From positions 320,001 through 384,000 of the forward strand of contig JAUVXV010000001.1 of NCBI GenBank assembly GCA_030603365.1: 64,000 nucleotides of DNA, written 5' to 3'. Source of the DNA: Candidatus Heimdallarchaeota archaeon. Lineage in GTDB: Archaea > Asgardarchaeota > Heimdallarchaeia > Heimdallarchaeales > Heimdallarchaeaceae. Numbering within the stretch: position 1 is the first letter of the stretch; each line of letters starts with the position of its first letter. This document shows, piece by piece, positions 46,920 to 57,365 of this stretch. The notes below the pieces were generated by a model. It saw only the letters and a list, made by a program, of their open reading frames with translations, was not told the DNA's origin and searched no databases. The translations under genes and the position numbers were made by a program.

Positions 46920-48404
46920 ATGAGTATAATGTCAAGTAATGATATTCCTATGAAACAAATAGATCAATCTACTTGGGAAATTCCCACTTCTTACAAAAAA
47001 GGGATGAGAGTACCTGTAAGATTGATAGTTACTCCAGAACTTAAGAAAGGAATTGAGTACAGAGTAATAGATCAGATTACAAATGTCGCAACTCTACCTG
47101 GGATTCAGAAATATGCAATAGCTCTTCCTGATGCACATGCAGGTTATGGTTTTCCAATTGGGGGAGTTGCTGCTATGGATATGGAAGAAGGTGTTATAAG
47201 TCCTGGAGGAGTGGGTTTTGATATAAATTGTGGAGTGAGAATGCTTACAACAACTCTTGAAGAAAGAGATGTTCGTCCTAAAATTCGAGAACTAGTAGAT
47301 AAATTATTCAAGTATGTACCTGCAGGAGTTGGAGTACAGCTTAAACATGATCCAAAATTGGCTAGTATCTCACGATCAGAATTTGATTCTGTTCTAGAAA
47401 ATGGTGCACAATGGTGTCTAGAGAATGGTTATGCCCGTGAAGAAGATGTGCGCAGGATAGAAAGTCAAGGAAAAATGCCAGAAGCTAACCCTTCTAAAGT
47501 AAGTGATAAAGCAAAAAGTAGGGGATTGAGACAATTAGGTACTCTTGGTTCTGGTAATCATTATCTAGAAATTCAAGTTATCAAACCAGGTGATTTATTC
47601 GATCCTGAGATGGGAGCTAAATTTGGTTTGAACAAACCTTATCAAGTAACAACAATGATACATTGTGGTTCTAGAGGATTTGGGCATCAAGTTGCTACTG
47701 ATTATCTTAGAACTTGTTTAACAGCTATGAACAAATATAATCTCCAAGTGCTTGATCAAGAATTAGCTAGTGTACCAATCAATTCGAAAGAAGGAGAAGA
47801 CTACTTCCAAGCAATGAGCTGCGCCTCCAATATGGCATTTGCAAACAGACAGATAATTACACATAATGTTCGACAAGTTTTCACTGAAGTGTTTCAGCAA
47901 GATGAAGATGAATTAGGTCTTGATTTAATTTATGATGTGGCTCATAATATTGCTAAGATTGAGGACCATGTAATAGACGGGGAAAAGAGGAAATTAATGG
48001 TTCATCGTAAAGGTGCAACAAGGTGCTTTCCACCAAATCATCCAGAAATTCCTAAGGAGTATAAAGATTTAGGTCAGCCTGTTATTCTAGGTGGGTCAAT
48101 GGAAACAGGATCCTATTTGCTTACAGGAACTCAAAGAGCGATGGATGTAAGTTTTGGTTCTACAGCTCATGGAGCAGGAAGAACAATGAGTAGAAGTAAA
48201 GCTAAAAGGCAAATCAGAGGAGACTTCCTTCAACAGAAAATGAGGGAAAAAGGCATTTATGTTAGAGGTGCATCAATGCCTGGATTAGCAGAAGAAGCTG
48301 GATTTGCTTACAAAGATGTTGATGAAGTTGTAAATGCTCTGAAGATTGCAGGTATTGGTCATCCTGTTGTTAGAGTAAGACCACTTGGAAATGTAAAAGG
48401 ATAA
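46920..48404 (+). CDS. rtcB: RtcB RNA/tRNA-splicing ligase
   Basis: PDAHAGYGFPIGG, DINCG, GSGNHYLE, HCGSRG, HRKGAT, HGAGR. Confidence 0.97.
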   Translation: MSIMSSNDIPMKQIDQSTWEIPTSYKKGMRVPVRLIVTPELKKGIEYRVIDQITNVATLPGIQKYAIALPDAHAGYGFPIGGVAAMDMEEGVISPGGVGFDINCGVRMLTTTLEERDVRPKIRELVDKLFKYVPAGVGVQLKHDPKLASISRSEFDSVLENGAQWCLENGYAREEDVRRIESQGKMPEANPSKVSDKAKSRGLRQLGTLGSGNHYLEIQVIKPGDLFDPEMGAKFGLNKPYQVTTMIHCGSRGFGHQVATDYLRTCLTAMNKYNLQVLDQELASVPINSKEGEDYFQAMSCASNMAFANRQIITHNVRQVFTEVFQQDEDELGLDLIYDVAHNIAKIEDHVIDGEKRKLMVHRKGATRCFPPNHPEIPKEYKDLGQPVILGGSMETGSYLLTGTQRAMDVSFGSTAHGAGRTMSRSKAKRQIRGDFLQQKMREKGIYVRGASMPGLAEEAGFAYKDVDEVVNALKIAGIGHPVVRVRPLGNVKG

Positions 48405-48417
48405 ACAATCCTTTTCT

Positions 48418-49449
48418 CTATTTTTGTCTCAAATCAACTATTTCAGTTTCTAGTCCTTTTTCTTTGGTCCATTCTATTATTTCTTCCAAGGATAGCTCAA
48501 GATTTTCCATTTCTGCTCCTGATGCACCTTTATGACCTCCACCAGCCATCTGTTTTGCTAGTAGATCAACTCGATACTTCTCGACAGCTTCAGGTTTTAG
48601 AGCTCTACTTAATCTAAGACTTATTTTTACTTCAGCAGGATAAACTGTAATATATGCAACTCCTATAGCACCTTTTTTCATTACTTCTCTTGCAATAAAG
48701 GCAGTATTGTAGTGAAAAGGAGAGTCAATAATTATAATGAAATCTTTGAGATCAATTTCTTCAGTTCTTTCAAAAGCATCTTTTCTTGATTGTCTTAGAA
48801 CTTTTACTCGGTCCAATATTTCTTCTTTCCATAGTCCAGACAAACCGCTGATAGAAAGAATTTCAATGAGTTGATCATGCTCTTCTACAGTGTAAGTTGA
48901 TTTACAGACATCTTGTAAGAACCACACTTTATCATCCCAATCATTTTCTTCAAAATTCTCTTTGAGTGTTAAGGGAGCTGGAGTTTTATAACTTGCAGTA
49001 TCTGTTATTTCAGTCATATCTGCTAATTCTTTCATGAAGTTCGATACCTTATCAGAAAAATAAATTGCAATAAGAGCTGCTGCACTTGGAGCTTTGGGAT
49101 CAAAAACATGTTCTTTTGCATTAATTTTATGACCTACATTAGAAATATGGTGATCGAAGAAGTAATCAATTTCTTTAGAATTAAAAGGACTTAAGTCAAC
49201 AATTGCGAACCAATTTGTTAGAACAAAACTCTCCATAACTTCTTTATCTTTTAACATAGGATAATCAATAGGTATGAATAGTAGTTCAATAGAAGGAAAA
49301 ACATGTTTTACAAGTGCTGCAGATACAATTCCGTCTGGACAATTGAAATGATATCCAACTTTTTTATTAGTTTCTTTTGAAATTTCTAGAATCTTTGAAC
49401 GATATTGTTCCTTTTGCTCTATTAGCTCTTTCATTGATTTTGTTGTCAT
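48418..49449 (-). CDS. DHH/DHHA1 phosphoesterase
   Basis: 'PDGIVSA', 'IVDL', 'FDHH', 'GGGHKGASG'. Confidence 0.88.
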   Translation of the reverse strand: MTTKSMKELIEQKEQYRSKILEISKETNKKVGYHFNCPDGIVSAALVKHVFPSIELLFIPIDYPMLKDKEVMESFVLTNWFAIVDLSPFNSKEIDYFFDHHISNVGHKINAKEHVFDPKAPSAAALIAIYFSDKVSNFMKELADMTEITDTASYKTPAPLTLKENFEENDWDDKVWFLQDVCKSTYTVEEHDQLIEILSISGLSGLWKEEILDRVKVLRQSRKDAFERTEEIDLKDFIIIIDSPFHYNTAFIAREVMKKGAIGVAYITVYPAEVKISLRLSRALKPEAVEKYRVDLLAKQMAGGGHKGASGAEMENLELSLEEIIEWTKEKGLETEIVDLRQK

Positions 49450-49454
49450 TTTAG

Positions 49455-50255
49455 TTACTCCCCTATATTTGTGTAGTTTCTCAAATTATCTTGGAGAATA
49501 TTAGAAATTTCTTCCATGTCATGATGAGTAATTTCTATTATTTTCTGCATAACTTTAGGAATAATTCCTGGTGACCCAATAACTCTTTCATTATTTATTG
49601 TATATTTAACATTTCCATCTGATTCTGTAAGAATTCGATTTATTGAAACTTTTTTGAGGACATCAATGTGAGGAGAACCAGTTAGAATTGAAGGATTGAC
49701 TGTAAAGAAATAATCTCTTTCGATAAATTGGTTCAATATATGAGAGGGACCAGAGTACCAGTGAATTAATACATTATTAGACGGGATTTTATAGGATGAA
49801 AGTATACTTGCGATTTCTACTTCTGCTCCCTTAAGATGGATATTTACTGGAAGACTGTTCTTCTCTGCAATTTGTAGGAAGAAACGAAAATATTGTTCTT
49901 GATACGGATATCGTTCTTCCTTTTTAATAAAATGATGATCTAATCCTATCTCACCAATAATTACTTTTTTGTGTTCTGAAAACAATTTAAGGAAGTTTTC
50001 CTTCGTTTCGTTAGTTAATGTTTTTTTAGCATTCCATGGATGAACGCCAATACCAGGTATTATTCTATCAAATTCCCTACTTAAATCCAAGATTTTTTTT
50101 GATTCTGAATACTTGGTTGAAACTCCGATGACATATTCTAATCCTTGTTCACTCCATTGTTCCATTGAAGACTCTAGATTAAAGTCTTTTTGAAAACTCT
50201 TACTTGCAAGATGGCAATGGGCATCATGAAATTTCATCAATTGAACTTCAATCAC
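49455..50255 (-). CDS. tatD: TatD family nuclease
   Basis: DAHCH, GVHPW, GEIGLD, HWYSG, TESD. Confidence 0.92.
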   Translation of the reverse strand: MIEVQLMKFHDAHCHLASKSFQKDFNLESSMEQWSEQGLEYVIGVSTKYSESKKILDLSREFDRIIPGIGVHPWNAKKTLTNETKENFLKLFSEHKKVIIGEIGLDHHFIKKEERYPYQEQYFRFFLQIAEKNSLPVNIHLKGAEVEIASILSSYKIPSNNVLIHWYSGPSHILNQFIERDYFFTVNPSILTGSPHIDVLKKVSINRILTESDGNVKYTINNERVIGSPGIIPKVMQKIIEITHHDMEEISNILQDNLRNYTNIGE

Positions 50256-50288
50256 ATCTTTTATATCTTTTCACTTATTTGTACATCT

Positions 50289-50477
50289 ATGGACAAAGAA
50301 TTACTACCTCTAGAAGAAAGAGTAAAAAAACTTGAACAAGAGGTTGAAAGATTAAGTAGACTACTTGAATCTCATGTAAGGGCTCATGGTGTTACTCCAA
50401 CTGTTCATCCACCCGTTCATCCAGATCGTCCATTTAATTCAAAACATCCTGATGTTGGACCCCCTAAAGAGTATTAG
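50289..50477 (+). CDS. Small coiled-coil protein with His/Pro-rich tail
   Basis: 'LEERVKKLEQEVERLSRLLE' then 'HVRAHGVTPTVHPPVHP'. ATG 50289. Confidence 0.55.
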   Translation: MDKELLPLEERVKKLEQEVERLSRLLESHVRAHGVTPTVHPPVHPDRPFNSKHPDVGPPKEY

Positions 50478-50495
50478 TTCTATTGAATGTAAACA

Positions 50496-51338
50496 GTGAA
50501 AAAAATGCCAAGAAAAGACGATTATGATACTATGGTATATAAGATGATCAGAGATAGTGATGTGATCATTGAGGTTGTTGATGCTAGATTTCCTAGTTTA
50601 TCTCGTACTAAGAAATTTGAAAATATGGTTCTGAGAAATCCTTCAAAAACACTTCTGATTGCAATGAATAAAGTTGATCTTGTACCAAATCATATAGTTA
50701 CAAAATGGAAGAAAATACTTGAAAAAGAGCGAATTTCTATTATTCCTACATCAGCCAGAGAAAGATTAAGTACATCAATACTAAGAAACCGGATTATTTC
50801 CTCTGCAGATAAGGAATTCTTCTACATTACCTCTTGTTTTATAGGTTTACCAAATACAGGAAAAAGTTCTCTTATCAATATTCTAAAGGGAAGATCAAGT
50901 GCTCCTGTTGCCCCCATACCTGGGTTTACCAAAGCATTGCAAGTACTTCGAATCACAACTAGATTAAGAATTTTTGATACTCCGGGAGTAATACCAGTTA
51001 AATTGTCAATGGCAGATCAGATACTTATAGGTATAATTAGACCAGAAAAGCTTTCGGATCCAGTTAAGGCAGCTTGGTCACTCATACATCGTATAGATGA
51101 AATTAATCCTAATATTATTTCTAAAACTTATGAAATAGAATATGAGTCTCCTCCTGAATTTCTAGAGAAATTCGCTGAAAAAAGACACAAGAAAAAGAAA
51201 GGTGGAGAACTTGATTTAGAAACTGCAGCTCGAGTTTTACTAGCAGAACACACTAACAAAGCTAAAATCCCTATCTGGGAAGATCCAGATAAATATTTGA
51301 TAGAAAAAAGGGAAAAAGAAAAGGAAAGAAGTGTTTAA
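50496..51338 (+). CDS. Circularly permuted ribosome-biogenesis GTPase (YlqF/RbgA/Nug2-like)
   Basis: EVVDARFP, G4 NKVD placed before G1 GLPNTGKSS, PGFT, DTPG, 'KGGELD'. Confidence 0.92.
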   Translation: MKKMPRKDDYDTMVYKMIRDSDVIIEVVDARFPSLSRTKKFENMVLRNPSKTLLIAMNKVDLVPNHIVTKWKKILEKERISIIPTSARERLSTSILRNRIISSADKEFFYITSCFIGLPNTGKSSLINILKGRSSAPVAPIPGFTKALQVLRITTRLRIFDTPGVIPVKLSMADQILIGIIRPEKLSDPVKAAWSLIHRIDEINPNIISKTYEIEYESPPEFLEKFAEKRHKKKKGGELDLETAARVLLAEHTNKAKIPIWEDPDKYLIEKREKEKERSV

Positions 51339-52504
51339 GCTTCTCGCTTCCAACCAAACTTAGTAGTATCATAAAATGGCATTTTTACTACTTTTGCTTT
51401 GACTTGGTTTTTACGGATTTGGACTAGTACTTCAGTTTCTGGTTCTGCGTATTTAATATCTACAAAACCCATACCGACACCAATATTACCAATTACTGGA
51501 GAACGGACACCATTTACCATAGATCCTATTTTCTCTCCTGCTGTGTTGAGTATATCATAGTCAGCTCTTGGAATTCCTTTATCAAGAAGCTTAATTCCAA
51601 CATGTTTGATTTTTACACCTTCGTTCTTAGCTTTCAAAAGAGCTTCTTTGCCAAAGTAAAATGGCTCTTTATCATGTTTGCAGAAGATTTTGAAATCATA
51701 CCCAGTTTCAACTGGAGTAACTTCTTCATGAATATCCTCACCATAAAGCGGTAATCCTGCTTCTATTCTTAACGCATCACGAGCACCAAGACCACAAAGA
51801 GCAATACCTACTTCCTTACCAGCTTCAAGAATAGCGTTCCATACTTTGATTCCTTTTTCAGGATTTGCTAAATCAGAATCAAATATAACTACTTCAAAAC
51901 CCATTTCACCAGTATAACCTGTACCAGTGAATAGACATTTACATCCCTCAATTTCAGCTTCAATCATCTTCCATCTGCCAGTATCAGATACACCTAAGTT
52001 ATCCAATATTACTTTAGTATTTGGTCCCTGAACTGCGAACATAGTTGTCTCTAATGTCCAATCTTTAAATTCAAGAGGTTCTCCTGTCATTTCTTCAAAA
52101 ATTTTAACAAATTGACCAATCCAAGCTAAAACCTTTACTGTTTGGCTTCCAGCATTACAGACATTGAAATAATCTGTTTCGCTTTTCTTACCAATAATTG
52201 TATCATCTCGGTATCCAGCATTCTCATTAAGATAATAGGTGTATCCACACTTCATATCATCCATTGCAGCGATGTCTCTTGGTGTGAGTAGTTCCATCAA
52301 CTTAGTAGCATATTTTCCTTTTAGAGAATAACGACCCATATCTGTTACTTCAACAATAGAAACATTTTCTCTTGTTGCCATTATCTCATCATCAATTCCT
52401 GTGTAAGATACAGGAAGATAGTAGCCAGCAAAATCAATCATTCTTGCTCCAGCATCTTCATGAACTTTCCACATAGGAGTTTTTACTAATTTACCCATAA
52501 TCAT
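51335..52504 (-). CDS. gcvT: Glycine cleavage system aminomethyltransferase T
   Basis: 'GARMIDFAGY', 'AVQGP', 'TGYTGEMGFE', 'GLGARDALRIEAGLPLYG'. Confidence 0.95.
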   Translation of the reverse strand: MIMGKLVKTPMWKVHEDAGARMIDFAGYYLPVSYTGIDDEIMATRENVSIVEVTDMGRYSLKGKYATKLMELLTPRDIAAMDDMKCGYTYYLNENAGYRDDTIIGKKSETDYFNVCNAGSQTVKVLAWIGQFVKIFEEMTGEPLEFKDWTLETTMFAVQGPNTKVILDNLGVSDTGRWKMIEAEIEGCKCLFTGTGYTGEMGFEVVIFDSDLANPEKGIKVWNAILEAGKEVGIALCGLGARDALRIEAGLPLYGEDIHEEVTPVETGYDFKIFCKHDKEPFYFGKEALLKAKNEGVKIKHVGIKLLDKGIPRADYDILNTAGEKIGSMVNGVRSPVIGNIGVGMGFVDIKYAEPETEVLVQIRKNQVKAKVVKMPFYDTTKFGWKREA

Positions 52505-52641
52505 AACCTACTAATTTGTAGTTTTATCTGGTTTCGATTTTTACTTTACAGATAAAAATGTTATCCATTGTAGATATATTATCAACAAAAATAGAATTTT
52601 ATCCAAAAAAGATTTTATTAGGTTCATCACAATAATTAGTT

Positions 52642-53688
52642 ATGGCTTCAACTGAAGCGACTTCTTCAGAAAAACCAATAGAAGAGAAAGAGAAAAAACG
52701 TTATGTTAGCATAGATGTTTTTCGGGGGTTAACTATAGTAGGAATGATAATTGTCAATATCATGCTTGAGTTTGATAACACCCCTAGCTGGTTAAAACAT
52801 GAAATTGATTTTGGATTAGAATTTGCAGATCTAATTGCCCCCTTCTTTATTTTTGCAATAACCTTAACCTATACTATGTCATTTAAACATCATGTCAGAA
52901 AAGAAGGGTATTTCAAAACATATATCCGTTTTCTAAGGCGCTATGGTGCCTTCCTTGGGTTTGGTTTCTTAGGAAGTTATTATGCTGTTTCATTAGAAGG
53001 ATTTGGGTTTACTTGGGGAGTTTTACAAGCAATTGGATTAGCAGGAATATTCACTCTTTTTTTTATTCGATTCCCTAGATATATCAGATTGGTTGTCTCT
53101 CTCTGTCTCATGATAGCTTATCAAGCAATTCTAGGCGTTTCTGTGAATGTTGAAGGAACCCCCATTACTTTAAGCGATTTAAACTATAACGATGTCCATG
53201 GTGGAATAATAGGGGGGATTGGATATAGCATTATGACTTTATTAGGAACAGCAATTGTAGATGACTTTAAAGAAGTTGATAAGAAACAGATTCTGATAGC
53301 AGGTGTCGTACTCACCATTCTAGGTTTAGGAATTCATTTCATATGGAAAGGTTATGGTTTCCCTCCAGATGGAGGCATCTCAAAGGAAAGGGTAACATCA
53401 GCATTTGTTTTATTAAGTTTAGGACTAGGTGCTATTCTTTTTTGGCTAATTTGGTTCTTCATGGATGAGAAAAAGATTATAAGAATTAAAAGTCGAATTT
53501 TCCAACCATTAGGAAAAAATGCATTTTTAATATATATTCTCCATCCATTATTCATCTTATTTACAGTTTTAATTTTACCAATTAATGCTCATTTTGCGTT
53601 AATTCTACTTTGTACTTTGATAAGTTGTGTAACATTGTGGTTACTAGCTTTCTTCCTAGATAAAAAACAACTATATATAATAATATAA
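52642..53688 (+). CDS. HGSNAT-like (heparan-alpha-glucosaminide N-acetyltransferase family) membrane protein
   Basis: 'RYVSIDVFRGLTIVGMIIVN', 'LKH', 'ADLIAPFFIF', 'GVLQAIG', 'ISK', 'LGKNAFLIY'. Confidence 0.82.
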   Translation: MASTEATSSEKPIEEKEKKRYVSIDVFRGLTIVGMIIVNIMLEFDNTPSWLKHEIDFGLEFADLIAPFFIFAITLTYTMSFKHHVRKEGYFKTYIRFLRRYGAFLGFGFLGSYYAVSLEGFGFTWGVLQAIGLAGIFTLFFIRFPRYIRLVVSLCLMIAYQAILGVSVNVEGTPITLSDLNYNDVHGGIIGGIGYSIMTLLGTAIVDDFKEVDKKQILIAGVVLTILGLGIHFIWKGYGFPPDGGISKERVTSAFVLLSLGLGAILFWLIWFFMDEKKIIRIKSRIFQPLGKNAFLIYILHPLFILFTVLILPINAHFALILLCTLISCVTLWLLAFFLDKKQLYIII

Positions 53689-53735
53689 GAAAATATGAGA
53701 AATCTTTTTTAATGTAAGTTTTAATTCTGCTTATT

Positions 53736-55112
53736 ATGCAACCCCCAGTTGAACCTTTTAAGATTAAAGTTGTTGAACCTGTTAATATGCCCTCAGAAGA
53801 GAGAAGAAAGGAAGCAATAAAGGAAGCAGGATATAATACATTTTTACTACTATCTGAAGATGTTTTTATTGATTTGCTAACAGATTCAGGAACAGCTGCA
53901 ATGTCAGACAATCAGTGGGCTGGTATGATGATGGGAGACGAAGCATATGCTGGAAGTAAGAACTTCTATCATTTAGAACAAGCAATACAAGATGTACTTG
54001 GGTTCAAATATATAGTGCCAACACATCAAGGAAGAGGTGCTGAACATTTAATGTTTCAACATCTTGTGAAAGCTGGACAAATAGTTCCAAGGAACATGTA
54101 TTTTACAACTTCTAAACTACACGTAGAAATTCCTGGCGGGAAGATGGTTGATGCTATTATTGATGAGGGTCATGATCCAGAAAACCTACATCCTTTCAAG
54201 GGAAATATGGATCTTAAAAAATTACAAGAATATGTTGATGATTATGGCCCTGAAAAAATTGCTTGTGTCAGTGTAGAAATGAATGTTAACATGGCTGGTG
54301 GACAACCAGTATCAATGGAAAATTTACGAGAATTAAGAAAATTCTGTAATGAATACAATCTAAAGATTATCTATGATGCTACACGCTCAAGTGAAAATGC
54401 TTTTTTCATAAGAGAAAGAGAAAAAGGTTACGAGAATACACCTATTATTGAAATACTAAGAGAAATGATGAGTTATGCTGATGGTTGTATTCATAGTTCT
54501 AAGAAAGATTGTTTAGTAAACATAGGTGGTTTTCTAGCAACTCATGATAAAGAAATATTCGAAGGTACTCGTAACATGGTTGTAGTTTATGAAGGACTCC
54601 ATACTTACGGTGGAATGGCAGGACGTGATATGGAAGCAGTTGCAAGAGGTTTGCGTGAAGGAGCACAGTATGAATATCTAAAATATAGGATTAACCAAGT
54701 ACGTTATTTAGGTGAATTATTGATGAAAGCTAATGTTCCAGTTGTAAAACCCATTGGTGGTCATGCTGTATTTCTAGATGCATTAAAATTCCTTCCTCAT
54801 TTAGAAAGAGAGCAATGGCCAGCACAAACACTAGCTGGAGCTATCTATGAAGATTCAGCAGTAAGAAGCATGGAAAGAGGTGCTGTTTCAAAAGGAAGAA
54901 ATAAAGAGACTGGTGACAACATTTTTCCACCTCTGGAATTAGTTCGACTTACAATTCCAAGAAGGGTTTATACTAATACACATATGGAATATACCGCAAA
55001 TTCTATAATTAATCTTTATGAAAAAAGAGATACGATACTTGGATTAAAGATGGTTTATGAACCCAAATACCTGAGATTCTTTCAAGCTAAATTTGAACAA
55101 ATGACACTATAG
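53736..55112 (+). CDS. tpl: Tyrosine phenol-lyase
   Basis: EPFKIK, IDLLTDSGT, GDEAYAG, SKKD. TPL-type rather than tryptophanase residues: 'NMYFTT', 'RSMERG', 'LRFF'. Confidence 0.88.
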   Translation: MQPPVEPFKIKVVEPVNMPSEERRKEAIKEAGYNTFLLLSEDVFIDLLTDSGTAAMSDNQWAGMMMGDEAYAGSKNFYHLEQAIQDVLGFKYIVPTHQGRGAEHLMFQHLVKAGQIVPRNMYFTTSKLHVEIPGGKMVDAIIDEGHDPENLHPFKGNMDLKKLQEYVDDYGPEKIACVSVEMNVNMAGGQPVSMENLRELRKFCNEYNLKIIYDATRSSENAFFIREREKGYENTPIIEILREMMSYADGCIHSSKKDCLVNIGGFLATHDKEIFEGTRNMVVVYEGLHTYGGMAGRDMEAVARGLREGAQYEYLKYRINQVRYLGELLMKANVPVVKPIGGHAVFLDALKFLPHLEREQWPAQTLAGAIYEDSAVRSMERGAVSKGRNKETGDNIFPPLELVRLTIPRRVYTNTHMEYTANSIINLYEKRDTILGLKMVYEPKYLRFFQAKFEQMTL

Positions 55113-55137
55113 TCATTTGCACCTATTTTATATTAAG

Positions 55138-56499
55138 TTAGTAGTCAAACTTGAATTTTTTTGATTTACCTTTGTGGCTATCCACAAAAATTTTTTCTCC
55201 ATCTGGTCCATCAATAAACTCAATTGGTTGTCCCGGAGAGGCAAATGGTAGATTCTTTGGAGCAATGAATCTGAAATCTTTATCGTGTTTGTAGATCTGA
55301 ATAAATTCAGCTGGATTATCATCTCCAGGACCAATTACAACAAGTTTTGGTCCAATTTGACTAAACAATGACGTACCCCAATCTGAGATATAGAATCCTA
55401 TTATATCATTGAAATCTTGAATAGTTTCCTCAGGCTTTAGTTTGAACTTTTCTTTTTCTTTTGCTATATGAGCAATTAATTTGAGTATTCCAAGAGATAG
55501 AGTTAAAGCTGGTCCATTTACAGCATTTGTAAGAACAACAATAACTAATTTCTTATCTTGAATAAGTCCTGAGCGTGTAATAAATCCAGGATATCCACCA
55601 CCATGGCCTACTATCTTCATCTCTGGTAAGGTCGTAATACTGAAACCCAATCCCCAATCTGCTTTTTCTGCTTTAAACTGGATACGCTGCATTTCGCGTT
55701 TGATATAATCAGGGAATAGAGTATTGTTGCCAAAAATGTGAGCTTTATAGAATTTAATTAAATCCTCAACTGTACTGCTCAAACCAGTTGCTGAATGCAT
55801 AATATTAGCAGGAACATGTTCTAATTTTTCTCTTTCTTGTTTAGGATATTTGATCTTATATCCTGTCGCATGTCTTGAAAGATTGGTCTCATCAACATCG
55901 ATTATTGTGTTGTTCATATTCAATGGAGTAAGAATCTCTTTTTGAATATATTCTGGATAGTTTTGTCCAGATACTGTTTCAATTATTTGACCTAGCAAAG
56001 TGTATCCAAAATTAGAATATTTCAATATTTCACTTGTTTTGAAGAAACTTATTCCTTTTTCTACTTGAGCTTTTATTTCTTCAATTGATGGAAACTCGTG
56101 GTTAGACCAGTGCCCTGTAACTCCATCACGAGTCATTCCACTAGAATGAGTGAGTAGATGTCGTATCCGAATTTGTTTGATATTATCATCTTTTTCTGAA
56201 GTAAACCAAGGTAAGAATTTTGAAACTTTATCATCTAGTGATAGCTTATCTTCATGATAAAGTTTCATTATGGCTGTAGCTGTGAACAATTTAGAGTGAG
56301 ATGCAATACGGAATAAGTGTTGATTCGTTAATTTTTCTTTTTTCTCTAGATTCGCATATCCATATTCCTTTTTGAAAACAATTTCATCTTCCACAAAAAT
56401 TCCAACTGCTACTCCGGGAATTTCATTGATATAGGTTTGAAAATCAAGCCAGTTATCAATCAAATGAAGGGTTTGTTTTATCATTTGTTTCTTGACCAT
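55138..56499 (-). CDS. Serine hydrolase, beta-lactamase class C/AmpC-like family
   Basis: 'FRIASHSK' (SxxK), LLTHSSG, YSN, GHGG. Confidence 0.92.
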   Translation of the reverse strand: MVKKQMIKQTLHLIDNWLDFQTYINEIPGVAVGIFVEDEIVFKKEYGYANLEKKEKLTNQHLFRIASHSKLFTATAIMKLYHEDKLSLDDKVSKFLPWFTSEKDDNIKQIRIRHLLTHSSGMTRDGVTGHWSNHEFPSIEEIKAQVEKGISFFKTSEILKYSNFGYTLLGQIIETVSGQNYPEYIQKEILTPLNMNNTIIDVDETNLSRHATGYKIKYPKQEREKLEHVPANIMHSATGLSSTVEDLIKFYKAHIFGNNTLFPDYIKREMQRIQFKAEKADWGLGFSITTLPEMKIVGHGGGYPGFITRSGLIQDKKLVIVVLTNAVNGPALTLSLGILKLIAHIAKEKEKFKLKPEETIQDFNDIIGFYISDWGTSLFSQIGPKLVVIGPGDDNPAEFIQIYKHDKDFRFIAPKNLPFASPGQPIEFIDGPDGEKIFVDSHKGKSKKFKFDY

Positions 56500-56573
56500 A
56501 ATTTAAAGATTAAAAACACATTGAAAACTATTATTGTCTCTCAAGTTTGGTTCTGTACCATTATTTTATTCAG

Positions 56574-57272
56574 TTAGATGAAGAACAAATAAAGTGAAAA
56601 AGCAACTGATAATGGAACTGTAGTGTTATCTAATCCCTTGTAATTTAAAGCTTCAAAAATAGTTCCAATTAAAGATGTTAGTACTAGTTTCCATATAATT
56701 TCATAAGAAAGTAAATCATTTATCGCAAAGGAGATGACAATACATATGAAAATTCCAATAAAAACTGCCAAAGATCCTTCCAAACTTTTTTCATGAAATA
56801 GTTTGTATTTAATTTTCCCAAAAGGTTTACCTATAATCTCTCCCAAGGCATCGCCTACAGACATAGCAAGTACTGCAGATGTATAAATATGCAAATCATT
56901 AGGGAAAATGAAGAGTATTAGAAAAACTGAACCTATTGAAAAAGCATTATTTAATGCAAGAGTAATAGTCTTCTCTTCTTTCCGCAAACCACTCTCAAAA
57001 ATGTGTTGGATCAGTTTTATTTGAGGAATAAGAGCTGAAATAATAATTAATAGAAGAAGTCCAATAGAGGCAAGTACGAAGTTGAATAGATTTTCTGTAA
57101 AGTAAGGAAGAAATGCAACAATAATGGTTGTAGGAGTATGCAAGCTTTTTCTTACTACCCAATGAGGTGCATTCAGTTTTTTTGGGATGAAATGTATCCA
57201 ATAAGTTAGATATAGAATAACAGCTCCAACCGTTACATAAATCCAGTCTACAGAAGTGGGATCAAAAATCAT
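56574..57272 (-). CDS. Polyprenol (dolichol/phytol) kinase family membrane protein
   Basis: 'RKSLH', 'GDALGEIIGKPFG', 'KSLEGS', 'DNTTVP'. Confidence 0.85.
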   Translation of the reverse strand: MIFDPTSVDWIYVTVGAVILYLTYWIHFIPKKLNAPHWVVRKSLHTPTTIIVAFLPYFTENLFNFVLASIGLLLLIIISALIPQIKLIQHIFESGLRKEEKTITLALNNAFSIGSVFLILFIFPNDLHIYTSAVLAMSVGDALGEIIGKPFGKIKYKLFHEKSLEGSLAVFIGIFICIVISFAINDLLSYEIIWKLVLTSLIGTIFEALNYKGLDNTTVPLSVAFSLYLFFI

Positions 57273-57365
57273 CCTAATAGCATTGAAGAGAATAGTTACT
57301 TAAAATAATTGTGCAAAAGAATGTGAAAAATAGTTAATTAAATTCTAAAAACATTTAATAGGGTA

